A DNA stretch of 57,450 nucleotides, the filler included, from Sphacelaria rigidula (lineage: Eukaryota), in assembly GCA_964200075.2 (NCBI GenBank). It is 6 parts of 6 records of this genome, joined end to end, with 100 filler letters (N's around TTAATTAATTAA, not from the genome) between each part and the next. Parts side by side here need not be neighbours in the genome. Positions count along the whole stretch, not along the records: positions 9,594 to 19,085 come from CAXNAA020008364.1; positions 19,186 to 28,677 come from CAXNAA020008365.1; 4 more parts are not named here. One strand, written 5' to 3'. The position numbers and the translations under genes were made by a program. Positions within the stretch are counted from its first letter, which is position 1; the number at the start of each line of letters is the position of its first letter. The notes below the pieces were generated by a model. It worked only from the letters and a program-made list of their open reading frames with translations. It was not told where the DNA came from and made no database searches. Shown here in pieces: positions 11,968 to 25,425 of the stretch.

Positions 11968-14900
11968 CTGGTGGTACGCGTCGGGCAAGCCGTTTCTCTT
12001 GGCCCTGAAAAAGAGGCGCAGCGCGTGAGGCTCCAAGTAGGGTCTCCAGCCCTCCTCCCCGACACGACCTCGTACGCCCTCTACGAACTCCTTGGCGGAG
12101 GCACGATTTGTCAGGAACAATCCAGCCTTGCTCTCCCACTCTGCGACAGCCTCATCGTGGAAAGCGCGCTGAGCACGAAGCCACTCATAAAGCTACCCAG
12201 GGTATGTATGTGAACAGCGCCGTGCATTGCAGGGGTTTCAATAGAGACCAGCGCGGTACGGCGTGGAAGCCGAAACGCAAGGACATGTTATGGCATACTA
12301 ACGTGTTTCAGCTCGCGAGAAGAGGGAAGCGCCGATAGTAGTGCGCCGTAGTATTCCTACAATGGTGCAAACTGGCACCTCAAGTTATACCGCCGAAGCA
12401 CTCGGGGCTCCGACATGATCGAGTAGTACTACTGTACATGACTCGGATAGCTTGAGCGAAACTACATACTTCCAAGTGCAGCACCAACTTAACCAGCAGG
12501 GGAAAGAGGGCGGCATTCTGGCAGCAAACGCCAATAGAAATTTACGGAAATCGCCTCTCCGAAGCAGTGTACGAGGAGAAGGCGCTACCAGTGTTTGAGG
12601 GGACGCTCTACGCCGAGCCATGTCTCTGCGACTGAAACCGATTGCTCCCTGCCCAGTTCATTTCGTTCAAGCTGCTGCTAACATTAAATAGGCGAAGCTG
12701 AAAGTTGTTCCTCGACCAAGACCCGCGTACGAATATGTTATCGCTGACTTCGTCGACCTTGTAGCTGCAAAATTCAGGGTAATCACGGCTAGGCACTATA
12801 CAGCGTTGGCCATCAGGGGCGCGGCAAGCTTCCGAAAGCTTACGCCATGCAGAACATGTCTCACGAATGCCTAAGCACACACTACATTGTTTCATGTCTC
12901 ACCCCCTCCGCGAGGTCAATGGTTTTATGATTATGGCATGAATGATCATGAGTACACGCCCCTCCCTCCCCGCCGGCAGCGCCAAAACATTTTGGGAGTG
13001 TTCAAGCGCAATTCGGATTCAACATCCACACGCACCTCGCCCTGGGTGTATCCCAGCGGCGCGGATGCCTCTTCCTTCGGGCCGAAATTGGAATGCCATT
13101 TCTTGGGCAACACAGGGAGGGGATTGCTTTCCACTGTGAGGTCTTTGACATGCTTCTCCAGCTCAACCATCTCCAGGGGGAGTGATCTGGCACGAATAAA
13201 TCAACAGCCAGGATATCGTGGAGAGACCTTCCTCATTCATTCTTATGAAACTGGGTCTGGGAAACGGCATCTACTTAATACCAGCTAGTCCGTACTGATG
13301 ATTATGTGCAAAAGAGGGCGGTGTTCCTTCCTGTCTGTGGAGGTGAAATACAGGTCGCGTAATTTCCACGTTTTTCACGTCACCGGCGTAACACGCGTCT
13401 TTTCCGGATATTCATGTTCCTGGCCCGGTTCAAGATTAGCGTTCGAGATTTTTTCATTTCTATCGTCCGGCTCAGGGGTGGTGATGTGAGGGTGTTGCCT
13501 GCTTGAAGGATAACAGGGAATTCTGAAAAATGGAGACGAGCTTTTCTGAGAAAATGAAGAACAAAATTAAGTGGTCAAAACTGTGGCAACTGCAAGTGGC
13601 ACACCTTCATGATTTTAAACTTGCATCATGAGTGGATACTCGAAACAGCAAGCCTTTCATATCAGAGTAGTACCACAGTACTGGGGGTGTAGACCGCATG
13701 TGTGTTTGTATGCAGAGATAAACGATGTGGTCACGGAAGATAGCAAACAGAAGTGCTGCTTGTGACACTACAGCTGCTGTCTTTGGTTAAAAAATTATTC
13801 CCATCGCCATCTCTCACTTTAGCACATTGTGCCTGAGGTGCAGCTTGGCCAGAGCGGTCAGCCCCTCCACCTCCCTTGGCAGGGCGCCAAGCATGTTCGA
13901 TGTCAGATCTAACTTCCGAAGATGAATCATGTTGCACAGCACCTTGGGGAATTCCTTGAAGTGGTTGCAGCTCAGATCCAGCTCGTTCAGACTCGTCAGG
14001 AATGCGAAGTTCTGCGGGAGACTGCTCAGAACGTTCCTTGACACGTTGAAAATTTCCAAGACCTGGTTGTTGGAGGACGAAATGTCCATAAAGTGAATAT
14101 CGTGCAGCGGTTAGCTCATTTTGCACCACCAGGCATTTCGACACGTGGGAAGGTCCGATGAAGGAGAGGCATCGGGTAATTACTATTTCTGCCTCTGCGC
14201 CCTGGCCCTTTTCAGAACCAAAAGTTGGTGGCATTCAGCTGACTACTGCCTTCCGTAATCGCAGTTGACGTCTCAAATGATTACCTGGTCAACGTCTGGT
14301 GTATCCAGAATTGCTATCTAAGCTTCAAGTACATGCCTGTCTATCCAGTCACACGGAGAAAAGTTGGCCGCTTACCCCTAGACAGCCAAGTGAGGGAGGC
14401 AAATGCGAGATCCGATTGTTGGACATGTTTAACGCCGTGAGGCCCGTCAGCATCCCGAAATTTTCCGTTAGACGATCCTCCAGGCGGTTATACGCCAGAT
14501 CTAAGCGGTTAAGCCTCACAAGGGCTCCCATCTCGTCGGGAATTTTGGACAATTCATTCGACCGCAAGTTGAGTTCGTGCAACCTGATTGGCGGTCAAAA
14601 ACATGTTGCCGGCACGTTTCGGCCGACGCGAAGGGAGAAACGCGGTTGTCGGGCGGCATTCGTGCCATGTGTACGAAAAATAGTTAAAATCACCTGCTTG
14701 TATGCACGTTGAACGACTAAATGGTATTTCCTAGGCAACCGCGTTGGTGTCCTGACTCATTACGCAAGGCCCAATGTCCGCACCACGGAGCACAATTGGC
14801 AGGCAGAGTGAAGCGTTTTGTCCAAAGACATGTGTTTCCCCCCTCTAGAAACTGGAAAGTTGCCCTTCAACCTACGCCATTCCTTCTTCATGGATGTGCT

Positions 14901-17900
14901 TAGGCGGTCTCAACAGATCCACTCGCTCGAATTCTCGTCGAATACTGGTGGAAAACAAAGCAGGTATTCGTTCTCGTATTCGGGAAATTGTACGTGGGTT
15001 CCACGTGTACGAGTATACAAAACGTGCGGTTCACTCACTTGGTGAGCATCCCAAACTCTGGGGGAAGTTCTTCTATCCTATTCTCGTGCAGGTCTAGCCG
15101 TTGAAGCTGGTGTAAGCCGCCGACGCCTGGAGATACCCTGCCGATGCGATTGACCTGAGCTTCAATCATCAGCACGGCCACGCCAGCTTACAACCTTCGT
15201 ATCGTGTAGTTATAAGTTCAACTACTTCTCCAGCTGCGTACTTCGCTGATTACAGCATGGTTTCGTATGAGACGCGCGACTCACGGAGGTGCGTTTTCCG
15301 TCGCATGATCGGCAGTGCTTTTCTGCTCTGGGGACGTCCCCACTGGTGGTAGCGCTGACTATCAGTGATTTAAGGTAACTGCTGGTACTCGGTAAACAGA
15401 AGAAACATCGAACGCTGATAATCGATAATCAGAAACACGAGTACAGCCCTGATACTCAATGACCAGAAGACAGCGGTCTGTTGAGGTCTCTTTCGTGGCA
15501 CTAGGGATCAAACGCTTCCGCTAACCTGCGCCTCCAACTCCACGAGACTGCTCATGCCTCCCCAAGCAGTAGCGATTTCCACCACTGGGTTCTCTCCCAA
15601 CTTCAGAATCTGCAGACAAGGCATATCGACATGAAAGCACTTGGTACCATACATACCAGCATAGATTTTCGTCGGACCTCCGAGCATGTAGTGATATGCA
15701 ATGAATGAGATATCTGTCTACTCCTGCGCTGGCCAAGTCCCCTCCGTCCTCCCCCCATGGGTGGGAGGGGGAACGGGGGGACGGCCATGACTCGCCAGTG
15801 TATTTCATTTTGTAGTATATCGTGTGCCGGTCCGCCGTCTGGTAACAATTTTCGAACGCACCCCCGACACGATCATCGCACGATACTTGTGCTAGGTACC
15901 TGTAGGCTCTTGAGCGTCGACACGCTGGTGGGTAGGCCCGAGAGTAAGTTACATGAAACGTCCAGCACCTGAGCAGCATTCCATCGTACCCGCGAGGGAG
16001 AGACACCGGCATTCTCCCATAAAATTTTTCGTGGTCGAACCATCTCTGAGATTTGAATTCGTGAGGTCGACTTGAAACAGTAACTCACGAAGAACATTGA
16101 CTTTTGACGCGAACTCGGACCAAACGTTTCAACAAGATCAGCTCGAGCGGCATTCGGGGCTCAGAGCCAGGAGTTGCACGAATCCAGCCACTGCATCGTT
16201 TCAGGCGCCCATTTGTCGCTGTGGCACACACTTGTCGCTGTGTTCAACTCATTGCGTTTACAGCAAAGCGTATGCCAGCCACTGGCGCCACCTCAACGTT
16301 GAGTCGGGAGCTGTCATGGAAGCTCCGTCAACGAAATACCTTCAGACTGAAGAGCTGACCGAAGTCCAGAGGAAGATACCGCAGGCGGTTGCGAGACAAA
16401 TCCAAGTTGGTGAGAGCAGTCGTATAGGAGAAGTCGTTCGGTAGAGCGACAAGCCTGAGGTGTCGGGTGAACCATTTGGCGACAAGCGAGTGGGCGCGCA
16501 CTGCGATTTTTTGCCATACAAAGGTACTATACATGTGACGAGTACGTCAACAGAGGAACGACGTTGATACAACCCGATCCAGGGCAGGTATTTATCACTT
16601 CTCCTGACCTTACCGCGCGTGTTTGAACGGAATTTGCTGGTGCAAGGCGAAGCTAGTCATTTTCTCGATCGTGGAAAATCTACTACATGAAAGCCTCGCC
16701 TTCCATTTCGTCAGAGACGATGATTGAATTGGGGTGCGTGGTATCTCTTGGAAATATATATCCCCGATCGGTGTGATTCGCTTCGTCTACTACCCTGGAA
16801 TGGATCACGTGGAACAAACAGAAAGAACGCTCATGCTGATGCGCCGTGTTGAGCACCTGTTGCTGCTGAGGTTGCAGAGCTCGAGAGACACCAAGCCGCC
16901 CACAGAGAATGGCAACTCCTCGAGGTTGTTCGAGTGCGCACAGAGGAAACGCAAATTGTGCAAGCGACCCATCTCCTCAGGAAGCTGTCGTATCTCGTTC
17001 CTGAGGTCCATACGGGTTGCGACAGACGGAAATAGAGTGTGGACATGGACAAAAGATGCACAATGAGTGATACCATGGTGGGGGTAACAAAAAAAATCAG
17101 GCTCTTCAGTTTAGGAGCCCCTCAATGAGAACTATCTGGGCCCAGGTGTGCGACCTCAGACAAAAAAATGGCACCACTCTACTGTAGGTAAACTGAAGAT
17201 CGAACCGTCGGGAGGGGGGGGGGGAGGGGGACGTACTCATGATCATGCATGCCATAGTCATCAGACCATTGACCTCGCACCCCTATGAAGCCGGGACGGA
17301 GCGGGGGAGGGGGGGGGATCGACGTGGGCCGAGGAGAAGGTGGAGAGCTTTGCATCGATTGACGTGCACAGCAGCACAACGCAGTCGCCTACAGTGAGCT
17401 GGTGTTTGATGCGGGTCAGTTGGAACGGCCCTGAGCACCATGCTGTACGTACTCGTGGCATCCACGGTTGGCTCGCCTGGAAATGATGAGATGTTGAAGC
17501 TTGGACAGGTTTCCGAGGGATGAGGGTATTCCTCTGAGCTCATTGCGTCTCAGATCTAGAATCTGCAGCTGTCCCAAATGAGCGAGATCTTCTTCGTGCA
17601 GCCGCGTCAGTCTGTAGGCAAAGCAAGGGCCATGCACGAATAATTTTGCAATGCACTTGAGCGGCGAGGGGAGAGCAGACGAGAGACGACTATAGTAGGC
17701 CTACGATAATTAAAATTGATGTCAACTTTGGAGTACTTGTGTATGGAACCAGTCGACGGCTTAAGTTGCGTTGGTGACAATCCGAACCCACATGGGCGAC
17801 AGGATGACCGATCTGCCGCAATCTATTTTCTTCTTCGCCTCAAAAGTACTGTCGCCCCAGACGGCGAGAGTAACCACTGGATCGCGCACAAACTACTGTA

Positions 17901-18465
17901 CGCAGAACTATCGAACGCCTATCGAACGCCGTGTTTATCTTCCGTCACAACACAAGCCAGGGTACCCTACGAAAAATTAAAAGATAATCTCTCGTTACCT
18001 GATGCGAGGACCTGGCGCTGATGTGTCGAAACCCAATCAATTATCGTAATGCAGAGGCGACGCGGCGGAATGGCCGTGTTAACTTGCAGGAGAAGACCGT
18101 AGGTGGATGCAGTTCTACTCCGGACTGTCACACGCAACCAATGTAGTTCCGCACAGGACTGACAAACGCAACACATTTAGCTAAACCAGGTATCGAGGCA
18201 CACCTGTTATTGCCGAGGCTAAGCTTCCTGAGGGAGACCATCCGCGATAGAAAATATTTCGGCAGCTCGGAGAGACGATTCTCCTGAAGATCCAACAACA
18301 CCACATCCACCAACATCTCCTGCCATGTGCGACTCTGGTAGTACTCCGCAGGCACCTTTCACGAAGAGCAACAACGATAACAATAACCATCACTGTGCTT
18401 GTCAACGTCTCGCGAACACCACGCAGACCTTCGTCTAGTAAGGTTCGAATACGAGGAGGAATAGA

Positions 18466-18496
<31 letters not shown>

Positions 18497-18606
18497 TAAA
18501 TTTTTGGGAGGGGGCCGGGCCGGGGGGGGGGGGGGGGGGACGCCCAGGACGAAAGGGGAAAAAAAAAACACNNNNNNNNNNCACACGGACATAAGAAGGG
18601 AGGTGG

Positions 18607-18662
<56 letters not shown>

Positions 18663-18888
18663 CGGGTCGCTAAATTTGTTCCAAGGTGCCACGTCTGAGC
18701 GAAAGGTGGGCGGTAGCCCATGATCGAAGGTGCAATCGAATAACCACGGACGCAAAGATACGAGTGGTCAACACACCTCGCGGAGATTCGCGCGTGATAG
18801 CCACAGTTGATCTTCTCCGCGCGCTCTTATCCCTGCCAGGCGATCCTTCTCCTGTTGCACCACCCGGCGTTTGATCTGTGCCATATCC
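11968..18888 (-). CDS. Multi-exon leucine-rich-repeat protein (partial, ~20 LRRs plus a non-LRR C-terminal segment)
   Basis: Phase-consistent exons: 18888-18777, 18355-18204, 17611-17477 (GC donor), 17000-16857, 16454-16340, 15968-15900, 15609-15526, 15154-15039, 14583-14376, 14062-13818, 13186-13036, 12192-11968. Repeats follow LxxLDLxxNxLxxLP, e.g. LQILDLRRNELRGIPSSLGNL. Start and stop exons were not found. Confidence 0.92.
17212..17318 (-). mobile_element. Short LINE-like 3' tail (second subfamily) between G/C-tracts in an LRR intron
   Basis: Reverse complement GCTCCGTCCCGGCTTCATAGGGGTGCGAGGTCAATGGTCTGATGACTATGGCATGCATGATCATGAGTACGTCCCC. Related copies at ~12902-12972, ~47610-47690 and ~51749-51789. 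Confidence 0.65.
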
Positions 18889-19377
18889 CTGCAAATTGAC
18901 GTTGGCTAGCGTGGTTAATGGCCCATAGCAGTGGTGCTACCACCACATCCGTTACCACAGCTTACGTGAGCTCGGTGTACATTAGTCGGCGCCAGTAGTT
19001 CAACGACGATCGTGGCATAGGGATGGGGGGGGGGGGGGGGGGGGGGGCAGGGAACAACAAACAGACCAGAGTTTCTTACATCGACNNNNNNNNNNNNNNN
19101 NNNNNNNNNNNNNNNNNNNNNNNNNNNNNTTAATTAATTAANNNNNNNNNNNNNNNNNNNNNNNNNNNNNNNNNNNNNNNNNNNNGGCAGCACACAGTCA
19201 TATCTTACGAGCTTACGTGGTTAGACCTCCAGGATACAAGATTCAATTATTTACTTGAAACGGTACTTCTACCCGTAACGATCTGATCTACTCGAAACGT
19301 GATTAGTTACGCCGCTAATTTGCTATCAGAGTAAAGACTCACAAAATGCAAGCAGCTAGGCTGTGCTGCATATTTCC

Positions 19378-20187
19378 AACACTGTCCACTTTATATTTAG
19401 CCGTTCATTAGGGTTGAATTTCGTATGCCCAATCGGGGTTGCCGGGATAAGCTGTTGAATAATCTTTGCACAAAAGGGGGGGGGTTGTTCCGCTGCAACG
19501 ACAACTGATCATGTTATCGGATACTCTGCGCAATCGCGGTTGCCGGTATAGACAACTGTTCAATAGTATTTTCCGTCATCGGAGAAAACACTGTTCCGCT
19601 GCGGTGTCACGCGCCTGGTCAAACCGTATTTTTCCACCTGCGCGGTTACCACTGCTCATCAACGCTTGAACGGTTCCGGAAAGACAGAACACGTACACCG
19701 ATAACAACCACCCAAAATGTAGCATGAAAGACACGGCAAATTATCTGTATACCCCTTACCGTCTCATTACCGTTCAGTCTGACAGTTCGACACTATGACG
19801 TGTTTGATGTTTCTCACCTGCCCCGCAGCACTGTCCAATCTATAATTAGACGTTCATTACTGTTGAATTGTTGTGTGCGCAATCGGGGTTGCCGGAAAAA
19901 ACTGATGAATAATCTTTACACCAAAGGGGTGGGGTAGGGGGGGGGGGGGTTCCGCTGCAAAGCCAACTGTTCATGTCATCGGATACTCTGCACAATCGCG
20001 GTTGCCGGTATAGGCTATTGTTCAATCATATTTTCCGTCATCGGGGGAGATACTGTTCCGTTGGGGCGTCAAGTGCTCCTGGTAAAACCGAAATTTTCCA
20101 CCTGCGCGATTACCATTGCTCATCAATGCTTGAACGGTTCCGAAAAGACAGAACACGTACGCCGCTAACTCCCATCCAAAATGTAGC
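19378..20187 (+). repeat. Direct duplication of a ~350-bp segment (19378-19725 vs 19827-20187)
   Basis: Shared blocks ACTGTCCA..., AATCGGGGTTGCCGG, GGATACTCTGC.CAATCGCGGTTGCCGGTATAG and GAACGGTTCCG.AAAGACAGAACACGTAC. Confidence 0.85.
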
Positions 20188-20609
20188 ACGCACCGAGGAA
20201 CCGGACCCCTAGCATTGGCAGTGGCCCGAACAGTCATCTCCCGGGGCGGGTGCGGAGGAACTTTCACACGATACTTAGCATTACATCTCGTGAACGCCTC
20301 GTTACGAAGTATGCTTGACGCTCGTGCGTTCGAAATATTATATATATATATATACTATATTATTTTCCCGTGAATTAAGGACGTTCTAGTGTATTATAAT
20401 AACGTTCATTTTTTCCAAGAATATCCTTGGGTCACAAAAGAAAAGCATGGTCCACGCAATTTTCCCCGTATGCCTCTACGATTTTCACTACCAAATCTTC
20501 AAAGCACAGCAATAGAAACCGAGCTGAGAAACTGAGATGAGGACCAAAATAATTTAGTATTTTGCAAAAACATCCTTGGGGAACGTCTGATGTATATGTA
20601 AAAAAGTAC

Positions 20610-20900
20610 ATTGTTGAAAACTACGTTTTTGGCGCTCCCCCGTCGTCTTTCGTCAGAGAAGAGGGCTAAGCGGATGTTGACACCTTGGAATGACTTGCTC
20701 TACTCGTTGAGACCAGTCGAGGGCACCTTCACGTTTTCCGTAGGTCGCAGTTTTGGTTTTGGACGGACTTGTATTTTCAAAAACAAACGATCAAGTCGCA
20801 AAAAAGCTGGCTGAAAAATGTTTTCGTATGTCACTCCAAGGTATTGACATCGACCTGGCCTCGTTTTGGGCGAAAAACCACGGCGAAGGGCCAAACATGC
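20610..20900 (+). repeat. Dispersed repeat family member (also 36674-37025 and 56390-56650)
   Basis: Shared core TTGAC(A/G)CC(T/A)TGGAA(T/C)GACTTG(C/T)TCTAC...TTGAG...TTTTCCG. Confidence 0.75.
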
Positions 20901-21895
20901 GATCTTCATCAATAACTAATATATATTGTGATACGTAAAACGTGGCCTTCAATCACGAAAAAAAAAACATGGTATATGCAATTTTCAGTATGCTGCGATC
21001 TGCACACCAAATTTCAAAGCGCAACTCTAAAAAATGAGGTGAGAATCCCATATTGTTCATGAATTAGTGCCTCTGCTCGTAATATAGACTCTTGTATGAA
21101 ATATCTTTGAATCGTATCTCACATAACGAATTGGGTAAAGATGAGGGTATCAATCGTTTCTCCATGTTCCAAGGACTCTTCACACCAAAACTCCTCACCA
21201 TCCGCGGTACATATCATTCGGGGCTTCAAGAGCTCCCTCTGTCGTATTTCAAGGGTTTCATCGATATGTTGTGTGCGTGTTTCTTCAGGGATGTAGGGAC
21301 GGCGTTTTTCCCTCCGTACAAAAAACAGTGCTGTCATAATCAACATGACCTCTTGCATGCTGTACGATACACCTGAGGACGAAACCACCATCGTTGGAAA
21401 GCTACATTTGCCAGCTTTCGTACGGTGTGCCCAATGCATACCACTATACATGTCATCCCGTTGGTTTTGTGTGAAAACTGGAGATGAAAATATCGTGTAA
21501 ACGGGTATGAATAAAATTGTAATTCGCGTATTTGTTCTCGAACTGCTGTCTTCGCGCTTTTTTTGTTCCTACCAACAGAGTTCCTCCGTCATAGAATGGG
21601 CCTCATCTGGGTGTATTCAGTATGAATACGAGGTTTGTGTTGGCGGATGAAGAATTATAAGGGATTTACTCTAGTATATGCCGAAGTTGAAACAAGATAT
21701 AAGGGATCGCGTGTCCAAGGTGCAAACGCCACAGAGTTGGTTCAAGCGAGCGAGACTGGTCTGGTGCAAGAGCACGAAAGAAGCAGACAGTATCACTCGA
21801 GACCAGTTGACCAGACAGCGACACGCCAGCAGTCTCAGTAGTACAGTAGTCCCTGGCACTTATCGATTTCTTCCAGGAACGACACATCAGCATCG

Positions 21896-21930
<35 letters not shown>

Positions 21931-24900
21931 TTCGCAAAGCCAAGGCCAACACCAGCACAGCACATCAGGTGCTCGAGCAACGGCAGGAGCAAAAGAGGGA
22001 AGGGCCGCAGGACGGGGACCAGGCCGAGTCCCGGCACCACAAGCCGGAGGCACGCACAGCAACCCGATCTCCGCCAACCAGCGCACCTGCCCGCAGGGTA
22101 GTGCAGGCCAGTTGAACACTGACGCACCTGCACCCCCACCACCAGCACTTGGAACCCCACCTGGCCCAAGTCGGCCATCAGACATTCTAGTTCAAATCCT
22201 CAGGCACAGTTGAAAACGAACATCAACATGGAACAGCAACACCAGCAAAACCTTCACAGACAGCAGCAGCAGAGCCAAGCAATCTCGACCCTTCAACAGA
22301 GGTACATCTTCTCCAGTACGGACAACCACAACCGCAAGGCGGGGCCGCCCAAGGCGGGGCCGGCCGGCAGCCGGCGAGAGCCGCACAGCAACAGCACATG
22401 GCGGGGGGAAGAGTAAAGCCCCCCCCCCTGCTCGCACCCAACGTCCCACTGCCGCCACCCATCGGAGGGTGACTACCGCATCACCAACACCGACAGTCGC
22501 AGCCACATCACCATCATCAACCGCAACAGCAGCAGCAACAACATCATTAACCTCAACAGCACAAGCAGCACCAACAACCGCAGCACCAACACCAACAGCC
22601 GCAGCCGCAGCACCCGCAGCAGCACCATCAGCAACCGCAGCCGAACCAGCACCACGTACAACAACTCCATCAACATCAACCACAGCAATACTACCAAGCA
22701 CAGCCGCAATCTCCGGTCCACCAACTCCTCCAGCTTCTCAGTGGCGGGGGAGGGGGACAGATCCAACAACACATGCATGCAATGGGAGCGGCCAACACCG
22801 CCCCCGCCAGTACAAAGAAGGCCGAAGAAATGCACGAGAAGCGGGAGATCAACAGCTGGCTCTCGGACGAAAACAGGGCACTCTTCCACATCCCCAGGAG
22901 CGGGGTCTTCATTTCCATTCCCATGTCTGATACAAACTCGAAACTCAAACTCCGCGATGTGGCAGACACCAACCGGGGCATGCTGAGCAACCTCCAGACG
23001 TTGACCGACGTAGACGTCACCAACTTCCACTCCCAGGTGCCGCCTGGCATAAAAAAAAACACTCTCGCGCTGGGGTTCATGTCGCCACATTCACCAAGGC
23101 GCTGGCCATCATCATCAACTTCGGCCCCACCGACAACGACGGCGGGCGGGATAGGAGAGCTTTCATCACAGGAGAGCTGACGAGGATGGCGTCGGCGCTG
23201 GACGCGTACACCGGGAAAAACTACGCCGCTCTACACAGAGACGAGGCGACCGTCAAAACCCGCATAATCACTGACTTCAACCACGACATCAACGGGTGGC
23301 TGGCAGAATGCAGGGACGCGGGGCTGAATCTACGCATGGAGTCTCTCGCCGCCCCACCCGCCAACGGACAGGGCTCCGCGGCGCCGGTTCCAGTGTTCAC
23401 CCGCGTTAAGACGCTCACCGGCGACGGCCACCCCAGCAGCCGCATTGGTCGCCAAAGCCCCGGGCTCTCGGTAGCAGGCTCACCCACGCAGCCCGCCCCC
23501 AAGACAGCCGTCAAGCGGAAGGCGCTCCCCGACGGGGGCACGCGCAACGCGGTCAAACGCGTCGCTTCCGACCCTCCGTCGTACCCGCCCCAGTGGTAAC
23601 ACCTCACGCCACCGAACACCGATTTCAACACGGAACTGACGTCATGGGCCCCGCCAGCGGGCGTCTGCTTACGAGCTTGGTAGGGCCTCACATGCCCATG
23701 GGGGAGCGGCTGCCGCCTCCCGAACCACACCAGCAAGCATGAAGCCGTCGGAGGCACCCCCCTCCAGCCCCCAGCGGCGTTCCAGATAACTCCAACACTC
23801 CCAACGTCGGCGACGGCAAAACCACCAGCACCAGCGGCACCGGCGGCCGCAGCGAGTACAGTGGCGCGCTTTCCCCACAACTTCGGCGGAAATGGCGGAG
23901 CTGGGCAGGTCACCTGAGGGTGCGGGCTCCGCCAGTCGGTGGGGCCTACCAGTCTGGAGGGAGGAGGAGCGACGGTCACGGACTCAGCGAGGTCGGTGGG
24001 TATCGCTCAGGCCCTCCAACCGGGGTCGGTGGCGGCAAGCTTCTTTCACGGTGAGAGCAGAAGTGCCGACGCATGATGCAACCCTAAAGCACGTCACAGC
24101 GGTAGATCGCGTAGTCCCATCCCACACTACCCACGCCCGACAAACGAGTCGATGACCAACCCCACCAAGACGTACTGTAACAAGCAAATGTCGGCAGGTT
24201 ACACTCGATTGGACGGTAGAGCTCACACGCATGAAATATTCGATGACATCACCGCCCCGCGCAATGACACGAAAAACAACAAACACGCGAACAATGGCCC
24301 GCACGACTGCAGTAACCGGTCGATTGTACAACGGAACGCACGAACGTGCTCAGGTAAGCCAGCGACAAGACCAGGTAATCTGCCCGTCCATGACTAAGGA
24401 AGACAACAGAAGCACATGCAGACACTACGCCAAAACCACTTCGCACATCCCCGCAGACCGGAGACGTGTCGAAGCAAATCCGGTGATCGGCAGCTACGCA
24501 CAGGTAACCCTGAACGTCGGTAGATCAGACAATAACAGAACTCATGCTCCCCGTGAAATTCGAATCACACCCAGTGTGCAGAAGAAGACCCGGCGTTCGG
24601 CAGTTCCAAAGAAACCCTGAACAACGGCACGTCCATGTTGACGAGCGCAAAGCGTGCAAACTCGATAGCCAGTGACTTAAGGGAAGCAAAATAACATAGA
24701 GGTGCAGAAGAAGACCCGTTGTCTGGCAGTTCCGAGGGAACTCTCGATAACGGCACGCCCATGTTGACGAGCGCAAAGCGTGCAGGAGTTCGAACCAACC
24801 ATCATCGCTCAGATGAAGACCCGGCGGTTGGCAGTTACACACAGGTAACCCTGAACGTCGGTAGATCAGACGATAACAGAACTCATGCTCCCGGTGAAAT

Positions 24901-25425
24901 TTGTGTCACAGCCAGTGCAGAAGAAGACCCGGCGTTCGGCAGTTCCGAAGGAACCCTGAACAGCGGCACGTCCATGTTGACAAGCGCAAAGCATGCAATT
25001 TCGAGAACTAGTGACTTAAGGGGAGCAAAAGATCATAGAGGTGTAGAAGAAGACCCGTTGTCTGGCAGTTCCGAGGGAGCCCTGGATAGCTGCACGTCCA
25101 TGTTGACGAGCGGAAAGCGTGCACGAGTTCAAAACAGCACCTGGTGCACTCAAGCAAAACCGTTGACCGATAGTTATACACAGGTAACCCCAGACAACGG
25201 CTCGCACACGTTGACGTGTGAGAAGCCCGCAGAGAAAAAGAAAAACACCGATAGTAAGGAGATTATCGGTAGGCGAAATTTCGGGTCGGTGAGAAACTCA
25301 CCTCCAGTTGGGATCACACGTTACCGAAGCCCAACCGGACACACAGACCACCCAAGCAAAAACCTCAATACCGGTGGAAACAGCAAAAGCAAGAACTATC
25401 AAATACACACATAGACCCGACAGAA

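Noticed and set aside
18359-18755. Poly-proline/poly-glycine ORFs
   Set aside because: They come from intronic poly(G) tracts with an assembly gap.
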